A DNA stretch of 64,000 nucleotides, from the NCBI RefSeq assembly GCF_000315625.1, contig NW_005434667.1:797061-861060 (forward strand), read 5' to 3'. The translations under genes were made by a program, and so were the position numbers. The notes under the pieces are model-generated. The model searched no databases. It was given only the letters and a program-made list of their open reading frames with translations, and was not told the origin of the DNA. Each line of letters starts with the position of its first letter. The first letter of the stretch is position 1. This stretch comes from Guillardia theta CCMP2712. Lineage: Eukaryota > Protista > Cryptophyta. Positions 59,860 to 64,000 of this stretch are shown here, piece after piece.

Positions 59860-62800
59860 CACCTTGTTTGTGCATGGGAGTTAGCTGGCTCGGATCGCAA
59901 TGATGAATGTGGAAAGCATGCACCTCGTTCATGCAGAAAGAGGGTGAAAGACAAGAATGCGCTTCTGAGAATATTTGACGACCCTGAGGCTTGTAGCATT
60001 TCGGCTTCAGATGACCCCAACATCCAAGCATTTCTTGATCTGGAATTTAACACGGTGAGCCGAAGCACTCAAGAGACGTATGCTTATCGAATTATGGGTA
60101 TGATCGAGTTCTTCCACAAGGATCCAAGATATCACGCAGCACTCAACACAGATCGCACGAACCTGAAGCTCCCATTGCCATTGGACTTGCTCCAGGCTTT
60201 CTTTGGTTGGCTGTGTGAGCACGACGGAATGAGGACAGCAGGGTCCAAGAGGAAGGCAGCATCGGCAGTAAGTGTGGACGGCTAAGAAGAAGAAGAAAAT
60301 GCAGATACCCCAGACGTGGCAGGTCACGAGCGTCAGGCAGAGGTAGCCAACATTTTGCAAGTGTCAAGCAGAGACAAAGCAACCGTAGCTGTGTCCACCG
60401 TGCAGGGTTACAAAAGTGCGTTGAAATATCTGTACAGACGCAGGAATGTTATGTTATGGCAATCGGGTTGAAAACAGGCGGAAGATCATTGGATGACATT
60501 CTGGATGGTTATATCAATTCCTATACCAAAGAAGTTACCCGGAAGAAGGGCGAAGGTGTGATGCAGGCCCACGAGGGCAAGACAACTCTATCCATGCCAG
60601 AGTATAAAGCACTGAACAACATCTTGAAGGAGCTGAGACCTCGCAGAGGAAGTTCAGAGTCCGGCAGTTCATGGATTTTCTCTTGGGCATGCTGTTCTGT
60701 CATGTGGAACCTGGTATGCAGAAGTGAGAGTCTAGACATTTTGCATCTTGAGCACTTTGACTGAAAAAATGATTGCATGAAGGTGGTCTTACTCAAGACA
60801 AAAAAAGATCAGTGCGGCATTGGTACTGACATGACTGCAGCTGTAAGGCAAGAGCATCACGGGAGATACATCTCGACCCCGATCGACCCAGAGTAAGCAA
60901 CAGCATACTGCAGATCTTCACCATTGCCAAGATCTGTCTAGGATATCTGAATGATCTCTGAACTTTCTTCATTCCAAGGAGGCTGGAAGTACAAAGTGAG
61001 CCTCTGCAGTAGCAAACGGTCCATCTGTTGCTTCGTTGGGTATTTCTGAGCAAGTTCCTGCGCAGCCCTCGAGCTCTCGCCTACATCTTCACTCCCGGAC
61101 TCGGGCAAGTCTGCATTCCCCGCTGAAGAACTCCTTCCAGCCGTCAGCAATCTCTGGGCTGAGGCGAAGGTGGGTGAAAAAGGTGCAGATCGCTTGTTTT
61201 TGTTCGTCGCGGAGCCTTTCCCAACAAGAAAAGGCATCGCCCTCCTCGGCCCTTACAGCATGATCGTCGTTGCCGATCTCCCAGAGGTGTCCATCCTTGA
61301 GTCCAATGAGCCGGTGGAGAAATCGTGGCCGATCAGGCTCAACGCGGACGGAGATGATAAAGGTCTGAGACTGTTCACCCCAAGTAAGCATCTCGACGTG
61401 ATCCAAATTGAATCACCTTGCCAATGTCATGAGAGAGGTCGAGATGGATGTCACCTTGAACTTGTGAAATTTGCAGGAAGAGGGTCATTCCGAGTTGTTG
61501 GTAGCCTGCTGACTTCGTGACGCTCTCGGCATGCTTCTGGAGCTTTCTCTGCCAGGAGCTATGTTACAAGTAAATCGACGGGTTTGGGCAGGAAGGAGGA
61601 GGAGAGCACTTCAAGACGAGGCACGAGCCTCTTGAAGGAACAGCCATGTTTCAAAGTACAACTCTTGCCATGGGAGAGGCGAACGAGGGGAACAGTGCGG
61701 ATCCCCTTCCCTCACAGTCAATCACAAACCTTGAGCTCCTGGTCTACGTGGTCAGAACTCAGTGCCAACTGCAGATGCTGATGTCAGCAGCCAGCGACTC
61801 TATACAAGGAGATAAACACCTCGTAGCACTTCGTAACTGCTCGCCTGCGGCTGCTCCTCCTGACCCGTGAGGCTTCAATGGCAAGCAAATGGTCGTAGGA
61901 TATGGCAAGTGTATGGAAGAACCTGGAGCGCTGGCCGTCTTCTGTTTCTTCTCAAGGCAAGCGACTACGCTTACATGACATTGATGGCTTGAATCAGCTA
62001 CGTGACAAAGTAGTTTTGAAGGTTCACAGTTGCCAAGAGTGTGGCATGCTCGCACATGGGATTCCAACAAAGACCGATATCATTCATACGATTAAGGAGC
62101 TTGTGACGAAAGTATCAAAGGTTGAAGGCATGTTCACAATTGACGTGATGAGAAAAGCTGCAGAGTCTGGAGAGACAATGGCGGCATCGACCAATTCAAT
62201 GGAGTCAGAGATGATAAAGGCGTTAGACATGGTGACACAACAATTGAATGCCCACAACAAAGCACTGAAGAAAACACTGAAGGAGAACTCAAAACAAACA
62301 CAGCAAGGTATGAAAAGAGTTTGGATGAAGCTGCATAACATAGAGGAGAACATGAAAGTTATGTTCGAAATCATGACATCAGTGTTGGATGCAAATAATT
62401 CTGTGCGAGACGGGAGTTCGGTGGAACAGAGGTTTGTATGGCGGGAAGGGACACAAGACAATGAATTGCTTGCGGAAAACAGCTCGGAAGCAAGCTCAGG
62501 ATCAGACATGGAAGAAGATGGGTCATTGAACAGTGGAGCAGACAACGATGATGCCACGCCAGGCGAAGAACAATCATTGAATGATGACGAAGTAGAGGGC
62601 CATTGGTTCGAATGGGGGGGGGGCGCCACATGGTTCCTGCAGATTTCGAATGGCCACAGAAAATATCAGTCAGAAACATGATGACGTATTTGTATCAAGG
62701 ACGGATTAGAAACATTGATGGAAGGGTACAAAGAATCAGACCATTTTGTAACTTTTACAAACTGAATTTGAGGCATGACTTGAAAACGAAACCCAGCAGG

Positions 62801-63145
62801 AGGAATCTTTACAAAGCAAGGTGCGTGATGAATGAGATAGAGAAGATTTGCCGGGAGAACGGAGCGATTGGTGAAGAAGGCGAGATACGGGCAGACAACA
62901 TCCAGGAATGTTACGACAAAGCGTTTCATGTGCTGGTTGAGAGAGCATACGGGAAGTCGGCATGGCAGAGGCGTGAACTCAAGCACAGATATGAACAGCT
63001 GAGTTACATCACGTTTTGCAACAAGTTACACTTGGAGAAGGATAGGACGACAGCTCGACCGGACCACACACAAGACTCGATGGAGTCTTCAGATGAGAGT
63101 AGGGAAAGAACGACATATGCTGCAGCATTGTTGAAAGACTTATGA
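59860..63145 (+). pseudogene. Crypton-type tyrosine recombinase pseudogene with internal replacement of the catalytic core
   Basis: 'TVSRSTQETY...LPLPLDLLQAFFGWL', 'STVQGYKSALKYLY', 'GYINSY.K...K.EG.M...EGK..LS..EY', 'MWNLVCRSES...LHLEHFD*KND.M.V...KTKKDQCG', then 'GMLAHGIP' and 'FEWGG/RHMVPADFEWP...IRPF'. Lesions: TAA 60283, frameshift about 60447, TGA 60762, frameshift in G10 about 62614. Confidence 0.8.
61823..61986. repeat. 164-bp inverted repeat, right copy
   Basis: Reverse complement of 59399-59562. Confidence 0.95.
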
Positions 63146-63204
63146 CAGTGGGATGGGAATGAAGATGAACATATGTTTCACCTACATTATTCTACCTCAT
63201 CCCA

Positions 63205-63380
63205 TCTACCATCACTCCTCTACCATCACTCCTCTGCCATCACTCCTCTACCGTAGTACAGGCCTCTCCTCTGCCATGTCTCCTCTGCCATGTCTCCTCT
63301 GGCAACTCTCCTCTACCGACTCTCCTCTGGCAACTCTCCTCTACCGACTCTCCTCTGGCATGTCTCCTCTGCCATCTCTC
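63205..63380. repeat. Degenerate 14-bp-period tandem array, CTCCTCT core plus variable 7-mers (about 11 units)
   Basis: CTCCTCT followed by accatca, gccatca, gccatgt, ggcaact, accgact, ggcatgt, etc. Confidence 0.88.
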
Positions 63381-64000
63381 CCCCTTGTTGGCATCTTTTC
63401 TCGGACATTTCTCTTCTACGTGTCGTCTTCTTCGTTTCCCCAACACATCTTGTCCGAACTCCCCGCTGTAGTTGCCTTGCCAGCGTATTTACCACGCCGG
63501 AACAAATTTTCGAAACGGAACTGTGACTCAGATGCTACCCGGTTTACAGAGCTTAAAAGGACCGGTGATCAGTTTCCGATACACCTGTCATGCCATGATG
63601 ACTGACCTTGCAAAAGGCGGGCCTGGGATCCCGCCGGGGAGACTCCGGGGATCCGGAGTCCCGTGACTGATTGCTGCCGGGGCACCGGAATTATCTGAGC
63701 CGGGTTCGGCACTGTCCCGGCACTCTGCCACTGATGGTACTGTGACGGAGGCAGTAGTGAAGGCGGCTCAGTTGAAGGTGGCACCCGCCGGCCCGGCCCG
63801 TGTCGGGTGACGGTCCGATCGCTCGCCGCCGGTGCGCGGCCATGCGGGGTGGCACCCGGTGGGGGGGGATCGGACCTGGACGGACGGTGACTGGGCGAAC
63901 GGCGTAACCGTGAACTGAACTTCTCAAGTTGAACTGAGGGGCTCGGTGCCACTACTGCAGCGGCCTGGCGCGAGCCGGCACAGTGCCGTTGGGAGCTGAA

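Larger units (their letters stand above)
58700..63600 (+). mobile_element. Composite, non-autonomous Crypton-like element region (boundaries uncertain)
   Basis: Abrupt loss of normal gene organisation after the DMT gene; contains the recombinase pseudogene, inverted repeats, gene-like fragments and a subterminal-type repeat array. Confidence 0.5.

Noticed and set aside
59860-63145. Active autonomous recombinase, or programmed frameshift/readthrough
   Set aside because: It carries four independent lesions and lacks the HxxR and catalytic-Tyr region. Decay is more parsimonious, although the G10 shift alone could be a sequencing error.
63205-63380. CRISPR-like repeat/spacer array
   Set aside because: 14-bp period with re-used spacers; this is a minisatellite-type array.
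58700-64000. DIRS/Ngaro retrotransposon, Helitron or Polinton
   Set aside because: No RT/RNase H, Rep-helicase, polymerase B or capsid motifs seen.
1-64000. Prokaryotic operon or defence-island interpretation; rRNA/tRNA genes
   Set aside because: Spliceosomal introns and eukaryote-specific genes occur throughout; no rRNA or tRNA signature was recognised by eye.

Overview
Eukaryotic nuclear DNA: gene-dense, with many short (about 43-55 nt) spliceosomal introns, introns swollen by GAG/CTC, GAT and CT microsatellites, and two assembly gaps. This style, plus signal-peptide or bipartite leaders on otherwise cytosolic-type domains, suggests a complex-plastid alga, probably a cryptophyte (inference). 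About 19 intron-containing or intronless genes fill 1-58.6 kb: an ABCC transporter (3' end off-window), GT41 O-GlcNAc-transferase-like, DGAT2-family acyltransferase, RING/B-box/Kelch protein, ankyrin protein, PPR protein, ARV1, TMEM131-like, a large type I membrane protein, an IP3-receptor-like channel with a non-canonical pore loop, CEP83-like, SMIM4/UQCC5-like, an atypical small GTPase, MTHFR, amidase, an EamA/DMT transporter and several unknowns. The last ~5.4 kb is an accessory region holding a decayed Crypton-like tyrosine-recombinase gene. Its catalytic core is replaced by foreign gene-like fragments, and it overlaps a near-perfect 164-bp inverted repeat pair with a 4-bp GCTT flanking duplication. 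A 14-bp-period array and GC-rich palindromic DNA follow. Motif arrays (CGGATAC; TACCCC-rich islands) occur in several divergent intergenic spacers. Multi-exon gene ends and exon boundaries were read by eye and are approximate, and all family calls rest on recalled motifs rather than database searches.
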